NCBI GenBank assembly: GCA_015134435.1
Contig: CP043989.1
Span: 30,001 to 62,000, forward strand
Source: Candidatus Saccharimonadota bacterium
GTDB lineage: Bacteria > Pseudomonadota > Gammaproteobacteria > Enterobacterales > Enterobacteriaceae
Length of the DNA stretch: 32,000 nucleotides
Direction of reading: 5' to 3'
In this document: positions 10,502 through 27,965 of the stretch, piece by piece
How positions within the stretch are numbered: position 1 is the first letter of the stretch
Layout of the letters: every line of letters begins with the position of its first letter
Made by a program: the position numbers and the translations under genes
The notes under the pieces: model-generated
Databases searched by the model: none
Told to the model about the DNA's origin: nothing
The model's input: only the letters and a program-made list of their open reading frames with translations

Positions 10502-11096
10502 ATATTTTTTTATAATTTTTTTTTAAAAAATTACAAATACTTTTATGTGTTTCTTTTATTCCTTCTTTTTTTTTATTTCATTGAGCAGGACATATCATTT
10601 TAGTTTCTTTATTAAAATTTATTGCATCTATTATTCTTAATATTTCATCTATATTTCTTCCTATTTGTAAATCATTTGTTGATTGATATCTTATTATTTT
10701 ATTGCAATCTATTATAATAGTAGTTCTTAAATATATTGATAAATTTTTATTTTTTAATTTATATATTTTTTGTATTTTTTTTTCTATATCTGATAATATA
10801 TTAAATTTTATTGATCCTATTCCTCCTTTATTTATTGGAGTTTTTTTTCATGCTAAATGTGTATAAATAGAATCTATTGATATTCCTATTATTTTTGTAT
10901 TTCTTTTTTTAAATTTATTATATCTGTTATTTATAGCTAATATTTCTGATGGACATATATATGTAAAATCTAAAGGTCAAAAAAATAATAATATATTTTT
11001 ATTTTTTGTATTTTTATATAAATTAAAATCTATAATTTCATTATATTTATTTATTGCTTTTGTTATAAAATTTGGTGTTTTGCATGTTACTAACAT
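10500..11096 (-). CDS. ahpC: typical 2-Cys peroxiredoxin (AhpC/Tsa family)
   Basis: Not in the ORF track because of three internal TGA codons. The reverse-strand translation (198 aa) contains ILLFFWPLDFTYICPSEI (peroxidatic Cys motif; W = TGA, complement of 10977-10979). It also contains THLAW, IGRNIDEILRIIDAINF and MICPAQW (resolving Cys motif). The start ATG is the complement of 11094-11096 and the stop TAA the complement of 10500-10502. Confidence 0.9.
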
Positions 11097-11177
11097 TTTT
11101 TTATCCTATTATTTTATATTTATATAATGTATATTATAATATATATTATATAAATTTTTAATTATTTATATTATTAA

Positions 11178-12167
11178 ATGAATAAAAATAATATTATTAT
11201 TTACAGTTGATTTAAAAAAAATTATATTAAACTTATAAATATTTATAATTATTTTAGTTTTAAAAATAAAAATTTTATAATTACATATTCATGTAATTTA
11301 AATATAGATTTATTAATATTTAAATGAATAAAATGAATTTTTTGTTTAAATAAAAAAAAATATAATTTATGTAATAAATGTTTTAATTGTATTTTATTTA
11401 AAAAAAAAATATATTTAAATTATTATTATATAAATGATGATAATTTTAATATAAATTATATTAAAAATATATATAAAAATTTATTAAGTAATATTAATTT
11501 TAATATTTATAAAATAGTTTATTTTTCTAATTTTTTATTTAATAATATTTATATAAATAATTATTTATTAAAAATTTTAGAACAATATAATATTAATTTT
11601 TTTTTTATATTTAGTTGTTTAGATAATATTATTATTCCTAATACTATATTAAGTAGATTATTTTTTATAAAAATTAAATTTCCTAAAGAAAAAAAAATAT
11701 TTAATTTATTAATTAATAAAAAATGTATTAAAAAATTTAATAAAAATGTTATTTTATCATTTATTAGATTAAATAATAATTCTTTAATTGATACTTATAA
11801 ATGAATTAAAAATAATTTTTATATAAAAAAATATCTTATAAAATTAATATTAAATTTAAATAAATTAAATATTAATAAAATAGTAAAAATATTAAATAAT
11901 AATAAATTAGAAGTTAATTTATATATATTAATTACTATATTTTTAGATTTTATTAAATATAAATATAATATTAAAAAATATTTATATAATTTAGATATAT
12001 ATTTTTTTTTAAAAAAAAAAAAAAATTTTTTTGATATTAATAAAATTTATTTTATTTTAAATAAATTAATTTTTTGTTTAAGTAATATTAAAAAAATTTT
12101 AAATATAAATAAAAAAATTTTATTATATGATTTAGTTAATTTTTTATTAATAAATTTAAATTTTTAA
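11178..12167 (+). CDS. holB: DNA polymerase III delta-prime subunit
   Basis: Not in the ORF track because of internal TGAs, e.g. 11208-11210. The 329-aa translation has YSWFKKNYIKLIN (E. coli YPWLRPDFEKLVA) and the Cys cluster CLNKKKYNLCNKCFNC (E. coli CQQPQGHKSCGHCRGC). It also has NYLLKILEQ (NALLKTLEEP) and TILSRLFFIKIKFP (TLRSRCRLHYLAPP). The stop is TAA at 12165-12167. Confidence 0.8.
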
Positions 12168-12246
12168 TTTTTTTTAATATAAAAAAATATTATTTTTTAT
12201 ATTAAATTAATTAAATTTTATTTTTTTATTATTTTTTATAATTTTT

Positions 12247-12315
<69 letters not shown>

Positions 12316-12511
12316 TTTATTTTATTATATTTTTTATTATTATTTATATTTAAAATGAATATATTAAATATATTATTTTAGATATAAGATTATAAGTGTT
12401 GTGTTTAAAATATATATTATTTTTTTTAAATAAATTAAAATAATATTTAAATAAATATAAAAATAATTTATTTTTCATGATATATTATATATTATATATT
12501 ATAATAAAGTC

Positions 12512-12593
12512 ACGGAAGTGGCGAAATTGGTAAACGCACTAGAATTAGAATCTAGTACTTAATTGTATACGAGTTCAAATCTCGTCTTCCGTA
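12512..12593 (+). tRNA. tRNA-Leu (anticodon UAG), type II with long variable arm
   Basis: Manual fold: acceptor ACGGAAG/CTTCCGT, D-arm GCG-AAATTGGTAAA-CGC, anticodon stem CTAGA/TCTAG, loop ATTAGAA (anticodon TAG). The variable arm is 13 nt (TAC..GTA stem), the T-arm is ACGAG-TTCAAAT-CTCGT and the discriminator is A. No CCA is encoded. Confidence 0.9.
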
Positions 12594-12599
12594 TTTTTT

Positions 12600-12670
12600 T
12601 GGGGTATAGCCAAGTGGTAAGGCATCGGGTTTTGATCTCGAGATCCCAGGTTCAAATCCTGGTACCCCTG
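12600..12670 (+). tRNA. tRNA-Gln (anticodon UUG)
   Basis: The sequence closely parallels E. coli tRNA-Gln (TGGGGTA..GCCAAG.GGTAAGGC...). The anticodon stem is TCGGG/CTCGA and the loop is TTTTGAT (anticodon TTG). The T-arm is CCAGG-TTCAAAT-CCTGG, the 3' acceptor is TACCCCT and the discriminator is G. Position 1:72 would be U:U. The exact 5' end is uncertain by 1 nt. No CCA is encoded. Confidence 0.85.
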
Positions 12671-12675
12671 TAAAA

Positions 12676-12749
12676 GGCTATGTAGCTTAGTTGGCTAAAG
12701 CACAGCATTCATAACGCTGAGATCATAGGTTCAATTCCTATCATAGCTA
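12676..12749 (+). tRNA. tRNA with anticodon CAU, most like elongator tRNA-Met (tRNA-Ile2 not excluded)
   Basis: GGCTATGTAGCTTAGTTGGCTAAAGCAC... parallels E. coli elongator tRNA-Met (GGCTACGTAGCTCAGTTGGTTAGAGCAC...). The anticodon loop is TTCATAA and the T-arm is ATAGG-TTCAATT-CCTAT. Position 1:72 is a G:U wobble and 31:39 is an A:C mismatch. No CCA is encoded. Confidence 0.8.
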
Positions 12750-12778
12750 TAATATTTAATTATATTTATTTTAATTTT

Positions 12779-14110
12779 ATGTATAAAAAAATATATATAA
12801 AAACTTGAGGATGTCAAATGAATAAATATGATTCTAATAAAATTGTTTCATATTTATTATCTTCATCAAAAAAATATCATTTAGTGAATTCTTTATTAAA
12901 TTCTGATATAATAATTTTAAATACTTGTTCTGTTAGAAAAAAAGCAGAAGATAAATTATTTAATTATTTAAATATTATAAAAAAAATAAAACAAATAAAA
13001 AATAAATTAATTGTTATATTATGTGGTTGTGTAGCTACTAAAGAAAAAGAAAAATTATTTAATAAATTTAATATTATTGATATAATATGTGGTACTCAAA
13101 ATATTAAAAATATTCCTTTATTAATAAAAAAATTTATTAAAAATAAAAAAAAAATATTAAATATTAAATTTATTAATAAAATTAAAAAAAATGTTAATTT
13201 TATTAATAATAAAAATAATTTTATATATAATACATTTATTACTATTATGGAAGGATGTAATAAATTTTGTTCTTATTGTATAGTACCTTATACAAGAGGA
13301 AAACAAATAAGTAGATTACCTGAAGATATTATTTCTGAAATAAATTATTTAGTATCAAAAGGTATATGTGAAATTAATTTATTAGGACAAAATGTTAATT
13401 CTTATTGTAGTTATTTATCAAATAAAAAAAAATGTAATTTTTCATATTTATTAAATTTAATATCTGAAATTAATGGAATAAAAAGAATAAAATTTACTAG
13501 TAGTCATCCTATAAATTTTACAAAAGATATTTTTTTATGTTATAAAAATATTTCTAAAATAGTTGATTATTTACATTTACCTGTACAATCTGGTTCTGAT
13601 AGAATTTTAAATATTATGAGAAGAAATTATAATATAGATTATTATAAAAATATTATATATAAATTATTAGATATTAGACCAAATATTTTATTTGGTTCAG
13701 ATTTTATAGTTGGTTTTCCTTCTGAAAATAAATATGATTTTAAATTAACTTTAAATTTAATAAAAGAAATTAAATTTGATAATAGTTATGTTTTTATATA
13801 TTCTCCTAGAGAAAAAACAAAAGCATTTTATATGAAAGATGATATTTCAATATTAGAAAAAAAAAAAAGATTATATAAAATTCAAAAATTATTAAATAAA
13901 AATTATATTTATTGAAGTAAAAAAATGGTAAATTCTATACAAAAAATTTTAGTAGAAGGTTATACAAAAAGAAATAATTATTATTATGGTCGTTGTTTTA
14001 ATAATAAAATTGTTTATTTTAAAAATAATGAAAATAATTTAATAGGTAAAATAATAAATATTAAAATAATTAATAATAAAAAAAATTTATTGTATGGAAT
14101 AATATTATAA
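12779..14110 (+). CDS. miaB: tRNA-i6A37 methylthiotransferase (radical SAM)
   Basis: The true start is upstream of ORF-track 12818: ATG at 12779 gives MYKKIYIKTWGCQMNKYDS (E. coli KLHIKTWGCQMNEYDS; W = TGA at 12806-12808). The radical-SAM motif MEGCNKFCSYCIVPYTRG is present. TGA at 13913-13915 joins to ORF 13925 in the same frame, reading IYWSKKMVNSIQKILVEG against E. coli MAWSRRMLGTTQRILVEG. Confidence 0.95.
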
Positions 14111-14120
14111 TATATAATTT

Positions 14121-14813
14121 ATGTTAAATAATATAAAAAAAAATAGTTATAATTTTTTTTTAAAAACTAAATTTAGTTTTATTAAACCTAAAAATAAAAT
14201 ACAGAATTTATATATAAATAATATTTTAAATAAAATTATAACTTTTGCTGTAGGTGTTTCTGGTACAGGAAAAACTTATTTAGCTACAGTTGCAGCTATT
14301 AATTTTTTTAAAAAAAGAAAAATAAATAAAATTATTTTAGTTAGACCTATTGTTGAAGCAGGAGAAAAATTAGGGTATTTACCTGGAAATTTTAATCAAA
14401 AAATAGATCCTTATTTATCACCTATATATGATATATTATTTGAAATTTTAGGTCCTAATTTTTATAAAAAATATATATATAATAATATTATAGAGATTGT
14501 TCCTTTAGCATATATGAGAGGAAGAACTTTTAATAATTGTTTTATAATTTTAGATGAAGCTCAAAATACTACTATTTCTCAAATGAAAATGTTTTTAACT
14601 CGTTTAGGTTTTAATTCTAAAGTAGTTATAAATGGTGATATATCTCAAATAGATTTACCTAAGAAAATTAATTCTGGATTAAAAAATGCTATAAAAGTAT
14701 GTAAAAATTTGAATGATATTGGTATTGTATATTTTAAAGTTAATGATATCATGCGTTCTAATATTGTTAGTAATATAATTAAAGCATATAATAAATATGA
14801 AAATTTAAAATAA
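14121..14813 (+). CDS. ybeZ: PhoH-like ATPase (YbeZ), reduced to the core NTPase domain
   Basis: A Walker A motif (GVSGTGKTYLA) is followed by LVRPIVEAGEKLGYLPG and ILDEAQNTT, as in PhoH/YbeZ. It sits between miaB and ybeY, as in the conserved operon. The product is 230 aa, shorter than E. coli YbeZ. Confidence 0.9.
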   Translation: MLNNIKKNSYNFFLKTKFSFIKPKNKIQNLYINNILNKIITFAVGVSGTGKTYLATVAAINFFKKRKINKIILVRPIVEAGEKLGYLPGNFNQKIDPYLSPIYDILFEILGPNFYKKYIYNNIIEIVPLAYMRGRTFNNCFIILDEAQNTTISQMKMFLTRLGFNSKVVINGDISQIDLPKKINSGLKNAIKVCKNLNDIGIVYFKVNDIMRSNIVSNIIKAYNKYENLK

Positions 14814-14822
14814 ATTATATTT

Positions 14823-15281
14823 ATGATTAAAAAATTAAATTTAAATTTATTTTTTTTTTGTAATAATTTTTTTTTATTACCAAAAAAATATTTTTTTTAT
14901 AAAATTTTTAAAAATATGTATTCATTTTTTAATATAAAAAAAAATGTATGTATTGTTATGTTAAATTCTAAAAAAATGATTTTTTTTAATAAAAAATATA
15001 GATATATAAATTCTAATACTGATATTTTATCTTTTTCTTATAATTGAAATATTAATAATAATTTATTAGGAGATATTATATTATGTCCATATGAAATATA
15101 TAAAAAATCTAAATTAAATAAAATTAATTATTTTTTTTATTTTTCTTATCTTTTAATACATGGTTTATTACATTTATTAAATTTTAATCATAAAAAATAT
15201 ATTGATTATAAAATTATGTTTATGTATGAGAAATTTTTTTTTGAAAATATTTGAAAAAAAAAATTAAATTTTTTAAATTAA
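14823..15281 (+). CDS. ybeY: endoribonuclease YbeY (rRNA maturation)
   Basis: ORF-track 14823..15047 ends at a TGA. Read through (TGAs at 15045-15047 and 15252-15254) it gives TDILSFSYNW...LLGDIILCP...LLIHGLLHLLNFNH. That sequence carries the YbeY zinc motif H-G-x-L-H-L-x-G-x-x-H. The stop is TAA at 15279-15281. Confidence 0.88.
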
Positions 15282-15693
15282 ATATATTTATATTATTTTA
15301 TTTTTTTTATTTATATTTTAAATATAAATTTAATTAATATTTTTTTATAAATTATAAAAATATTTTATATTTTAAATATTTATAAATTTTTTAAATATTT
15401 TAAATTTATTATTAAATTAATATTTTATTAATTTAATATATTTATAGATATAAATATAAAAATTTTAATAATTTTAAATTTATTTTTATAAATATATTAA
15501 AAAATTTTAAATTATTATTTTATAAGTATTGTTTAAAAAATTATTTTAATATATTATATATAATATATTAATTTAATTTTTTAATATTATAATATTAATT
15601 ATATTTTATTAATTTTTTATTAAAAATTATTTATTTTTTATTGTTTAAATATTTTAATAAATTTATTATTAACAATTTTATTTATAAATATTA

Positions 15694-16044
15694 ATGAATA
15701 ATTATTTAAAAAAAATAAATTTATATTTTTTTGATATATTTTTTTTATTTATATTTAATTTTTTTTTATATAAATATAATTTTATTTTTTTATTTTTTTT
15801 AAAAAAAATTTTTTTTTGTTTATTTTTTTATTTATTAAAAAATTATTTTTTTTTAAAAAATTTAATTATTTTTTTTAAAAAATCAAAATTAGAAATTTTA
15901 AAAATTATTTGACCTTCTTTTTATGAAGTAAATAAAAATATTTTTATAATTTATTTATTTAGTTTTTTTATATCAATTATTATTTTTTTAATTGATAAAA
16001 TTATATTTAATATATTTTTTTTTATTAATAATTTATATTTTTAA
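15694..16044 (+). CDS. secE: preprotein translocase subunit SecE
   Basis: The product is a hydrophobic low-complexity protein. Reading through TGA at 15910-15912 gives EILKIIWPSFYEVNKNIFIIYLFSFFISIII, which matches the SecE signature (E. coli VRWPTRQETLHTTLIVAAV). It lies directly upstream of nusG, as in secE-nusG. The start codon choice is uncertain. Confidence 0.75.
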
Positions 16045-16061
16045 AAAAATAAAAAAAAATT

Positions 16062-16610
16062 ATGAATATTAAAAAAAAATTATGATATGTTATTCAAGTA
16101 TTTTCTAATTTTGAAGATAAAATTATAAAATCTTTAAAAGATTATATAAAATTATATAAATTAGAAAAAGATTTTGGTGAAATTTTACTTCCTACTGAAG
16201 AAATTATTGAAATAAAAAATGGTATAAGAAAAAAAAGTAAAAAAAAATTTTTTCCAGGTTATTTTTTAATTCATATGATTATGAATAATAAAAATTGATA
16301 TTTGATTCGTAATATTCCTAAAATAGTTGGTTTTATTGGAGGTGAATTAGGTAATCCTTTTCCAATAAGTAATAGAGAAATAAAAATTATAAAAAATAAA
16401 TTAAATGAAATTAGTGGTAAACCTAGACCTAAAATATTATTTGAATATGGTGAATTAGTAAGAATTAATAATGGTCCTTTTTGTGATTTTAGTGGTACAG
16501 TTGAAAAAATTGATTATGATAAAAATCGTTTAAAAGTTTCTGTTTTAATATTTGGAAGATCTACTCCTGTGGAATTAGATTTTTCTCAAGTAGAAAAAAA
16601 TAATTATTAA
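16062..16610 (+). CDS. nusG: transcription termination/antitermination factor NusG
   Basis: ATG at 16062 gives [20 protein letters not shown] (E. coli KKRWYVVQAFSGFEGR; W = TGA at 16083-16085). [34 protein letters not shown] joins the ORF-track 16302 fragment in frame. The C-terminal KOW region [24 protein letters not shown] is nearly identical to E. coli. Confidence 0.96.
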
Positions 16611-16626
16611 TTTATAATAAAATAAT

Positions 16627-17055
16627 ATGTCTAAAAAAAATATATATATAAAATTACAAGTTTTATCTGGAATGGCTAATCCTAGTCCTCCTGTTGGACC
16701 TATTTTAGGTCAAAGGGGAATAAATATTATGCAATTTTGTAAATTATTTAATAAAAAAACTTCTAATTTACAAAAAGGTATTCCTATACCAGTTATTATA
16801 AAAATAAATTCTGATCGTAGTTTTACTTTTGTTACTAAAAGTCCTACAGTTTCATATTTAATTAAAAAATATGCTTCTATAAATTTTGGTTCTAAAAAAC
16901 CTGGTAATAATATTGTTGGTTATATAAAAGAATCTGATATTTTAAATATAGCTAAAATTAAAATTTGTGATACAAATAGTTGTGATATAAATTCTGTTTA
17001 TAAATCAATTGTTGGTACTGCTATATCTATGGGTGTTAAAATTAAAAATAAATAA
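16627..17055 (+). CDS. rplK: 50S ribosomal protein L11
   Basis: The product is 142 aa. IKLQVLSGMANPSPPVGPILGQRGINIMQFCKLFN matches the L11 N-terminal domain. The gene sits in the rplKAJL order. Confidence 0.97.
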   Translation: MSKKNIYIKLQVLSGMANPSPPVGPILGQRGINIMQFCKLFNKKTSNLQKGIPIPVIIKINSDRSFTFVTKSPTVSYLIKKYASINFGSKKPGNNIVGYIKESDILNIAKIKICDTNSCDINSVYKSIVGTAISMGVKIKNK

Positions 17056-17063
17056 TAATAATT

Positions 17064-17717
17064 ATGAAATATATTAAAAATAATAAATTAAAAAATAAAA
17101 TTATAAAAATATTTGATAAAATTAAAAAAAAGTCTAAAAATAAATTTAATGAATCTATAGATATTGCTATAAATTTAAATTTAAATAATAAAAGTAATGA
17201 GAATATTTATGGTACTATATTATTTCCTTATTCATTAAATATAAAAAAAAAAATAGTTGTATTTACTAATAAATCTAATTTTAAAATTGCTTATGATTCT
17301 GGAGCTTTTTTTGTAGGTAATAATGATTTATTTAATAAAATTAAAAATAATGAAATAAAATATGATTTAGTTATTTGTACTCCAGATTTAATTAATTTAG
17401 TTAGTAAATTAGGTTATATATTAGGTCCTAAAGGATTAATGCCTAATTTAAAATTTAATACTATTACTAATAATATAAAAAAAACAATATTTGAATTTAT
17501 AAAAGGTAAAAAAATATATAAAACTGATAAATATGGAATTATACATTTATCTATAGGTAAAATAAACTTTTCTAATAAAAAATTATTATGTAATTTTTTT
17601 TATTTAATAGATTTACTTTTATTACATAAATTTAATTATATGAAAAATATTTCTTTTATAGATAAAATTAGTTTATCTAGTACTATGGGTAATAGTTATT
17701 TTATTAATTTTAATTAA
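17064..17717 (+). CDS. rplA: 50S ribosomal protein L1
   Basis: The product is 217 aa. It contains FNESIDIAINLN and LGPKGLMPN, typical of L1. It lies between rplK and rplJ. Confidence 0.9.
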   Translation: MKYIKNNKLKNKIIKIFDKIKKKSKNKFNESIDIAINLNLNNKSNENIYGTILFPYSLNIKKKIVVFTNKSNFKIAYDSGAFFVGNNDLFNKIKNNEIKYDLVICTPDLINLVSKLGYILGPKGLMPNLKFNTITNNIKKTIFEFIKGKKIYKTDKYGIIHLSIGKINFSNKKLLCNFFYLIDLLLLHKFNYMKNISFIDKISLSSTMGNSYFINFN

Positions 17718-17736
17718 ATAGTATTTAAAGGTTAAA

Positions 17737-18237
17737 ATGTCATTAAGTTTAAAAAGTAAAAAAAAATATATTTTAAATATGAAATATAAAATAAATAAAT
17801 GTTTATCTATATTAATTATAAAATTTAATAAATTAAAATCAAATGATTTAGTTTTTTTACGTAAAAATAGTAATAAAAAAGGTTTTTTTATATCTGTAAT
17901 ACATAATAAATTATTTTATATTATTTTAAATAAATTAAAATTAAATTTTTTTAAAAATAAAATTGTTGGTTCTACATTAATATTTTATTCTATAAATTCT
18001 TATAGTTATCCATCAGTAATTTTTGAAAAATTTTTTAATAAATATAAAAATAAAATTAAATTAAATTATGTTATTATTAATAAAAAATTAGTTAATTACA
18101 ATATACATAAAAAAATATCTTTATTATATAATATTAAAAAATCTTTAGAATATTTAATTTTTTATATAAAAAATATTTCTATAATTAAATTTTTACGTGT
18201 TTTATTAATTATTAAAAAAAATAAAATTAAAATTTAA
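17737..18237 (+). CDS. rplJ: 50S ribosomal protein L10 (highly diverged)
   Basis: The call rests on size (166 aa) and position between rplA and rplL. Sequence similarity is weak because of the extreme composition. Confidence 0.75.
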   Translation: MSLSLKSKKKYILNMKYKINKCLSILIIKFNKLKSNDLVFLRKNSNKKGFFISVIHNKLFYIILNKLKLNFFKNKIVGSTLIFYSINSYSYPSVIFEKFFNKYKNKIKLNYVIINKKLVNYNIHKKISLLYNIKKSLEYLIFYIKNISIIKFLRVLLIIKKNKIKI

Positions 18238-18245
18238 GGTAATTT

Positions 18246-18617
18246 ATGAAAATAAGTAATAAAGAAATTTTAAATAAAATATCATCTATGTCATTAATTG
18301 AAATTGTAGAATTAATTGATTTAATAGAAAAAAAATTTGGAATAAGTTCTAAAAATTATGAATTAAATAATATTGATAATAAAAATAAAATTGATAAAAT
18401 TAAAAAAAAAGAATTTGATTTATTTTTAGATTCTATAGGTGATAATAAAATTGCAGTTATTAAAATAATACGTAATTTTTTAAATTTAGGTTTAAAAGAA
18501 GCGAAAGATTTAGTAGAATCATTTCCTGTTTTAATAAAAAATAAAATTCAAAAAAAAGATGTAGATTTATTAAAGAAATCTTTAGAAGAAGTTGGTGCTA
18601 AAGTTACTATAAAATAA
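18246..18617 (+). CDS. rplL: 50S ribosomal protein L7/L12
   Basis: The product is 123 aa. The C-terminal domain KIAVIKIIRNFLNLGLKEAKDLVES...LEEVGAKVTIK matches L7/L12. Confidence 0.95.
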   Translation: MKISNKEILNKISSMSLIEIVELIDLIEKKFGISSKNYELNNIDNKNKIDKIKKKEFDLFLDSIGDNKIAVIKIIRNFLNLGLKEAKDLVESFPVLIKNKIQKKDVDLLKKSLEEVGAKVTIK

Positions 18618-18646
18618 TTATTATTATAAATTAGGTAAACAATTAT

Positions 18647-22663
<4,017 letters not shown>

Positions 22664-22707
22664 TAATATTATTTTTTTAATTATATTTATTATAAATTTT
22701 ATTTTTT

Positions 22708-22712
22708 AGGAA
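22708..22712 (+). promoter_or_regulatory. Shine-Dalgarno-like AGGAA upstream of rpoC
   Basis: AGGAA lies 9 nt upstream of the GTG start at 22722. An in-frame TAG at 22707-22709 closes the frame just upstream. Confidence 0.4.
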
Positions 22713-22721
22713 TATTTATTT

Positions 22722-26924
<4,203 letters not shown>

Positions 26925-26949
26925 AAATATTATTTAATAAAAATTTTAT

Positions 26950-27951
26950 ATGATTAAAAAAAATATTTTTAGTGCTATACAACCTACAGGTAATTTAACT
27001 ATTGGTCATTATATTGGTGTTTTAAAAATTTGAATAAAAAAACAATATAAATATAATTGTTTTTTTTGTATTGCTGATTTGCATTCTTGAATTAGTATAA
27101 AAAATAAAAAAAAAATTAAAAATTATATTTATAGTTTATTATCTATAATGTTATCTATTGGAATAAATCCTAAAAAATGTAATATTTTTTTACAATCTGA
27201 TATTATAGAACATATAAAACTTTATTGATTATTAAATTGTTATACTTATGTTGGTGAATTAAATCGTATGACACAATTTAAAAATAAAATTAAAAATAAA
27301 AATTTTAAAATAAATTGTGGATTATTAAATTATCCAATATTAATGTCTTCTGATATATTATTATATAATACAAATTATGTACCTATTGGATATGATCAAA
27401 TTCAACATATAGAATTAACTAAAATTATTGCTAATAGAATAAATAAATTATATAATAAAAATATATTTACTATACCAAATTATATTATATCAAAATATGG
27501 TTCTAAAATAATGTCTTTATGTAATCCAAATAAAAAAATGTCTAAATCTGATATTAATAAAAATAATGTTATTTATTTATTAGATAAATTTAATGATATA
27601 AAATATAAAATAATTAATTCTTTAACTGATTCTCAATTTCCTTCTAAAATATTATATGATAAAATAAAAAAACCTGGTATATCTAATTTATTAGTTATAT
27701 TTTCTAATATAAAAAATATTTCTATTAATAAATTAGAAAAAAAATTTTTAAATATATCATATAAAAATTTTAAAAATATTTTTATAAATGAATTAAATAA
27801 TTTTTTATATAATATACAAAAAAAATATTTTTATTTTATAAAAAAAAAAAAATTATTAAAAAAAATTTTATTAAAAGGAAAATTAAAAGTAAAAAAAATA
27901 GCAAAAAAAAATATAAATTATATTTATAATTGTATTGGTATTATTAAATAA
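26950..27951 (+). CDS. trpS: tryptophan--tRNA ligase
   Basis: ATG at 26950 gives [28 protein letters not shown]... (E. coli [22 protein letters not shown]). [19 protein letters not shown] joins the ORF-track 27268 piece in frame. The KMSKS motif is present. Several internal TGA codons occur. Confidence 0.96.
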
Positions 27952-27965
27952 TTATTAATTGTAAT

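Noticed and set aside
12350-12478. A 42-codon minus-strand ORF (MKNKLFLYLFKYYFNLFKKNNIYFKHNTYNLISKIIYLIYSF) in the holB-tRNA spacer.
   Set aside because: It is short and low-complexity, with no motif or RBS. ORFs of this size arise readily here, so it is not supportable as a gene.
15282-15693. The near-pure A/T spacers (also 3753-4195) as a replication origin or DNA-unwinding element.
   Set aside because: I found no DnaA-box-like 9-mers (TTATCCACA family), no adjacent dnaA, dnaN or gidA, and no strand-composition switch that I can evaluate by eye. There is no positive evidence beyond AT-richness, which is genome-wide.
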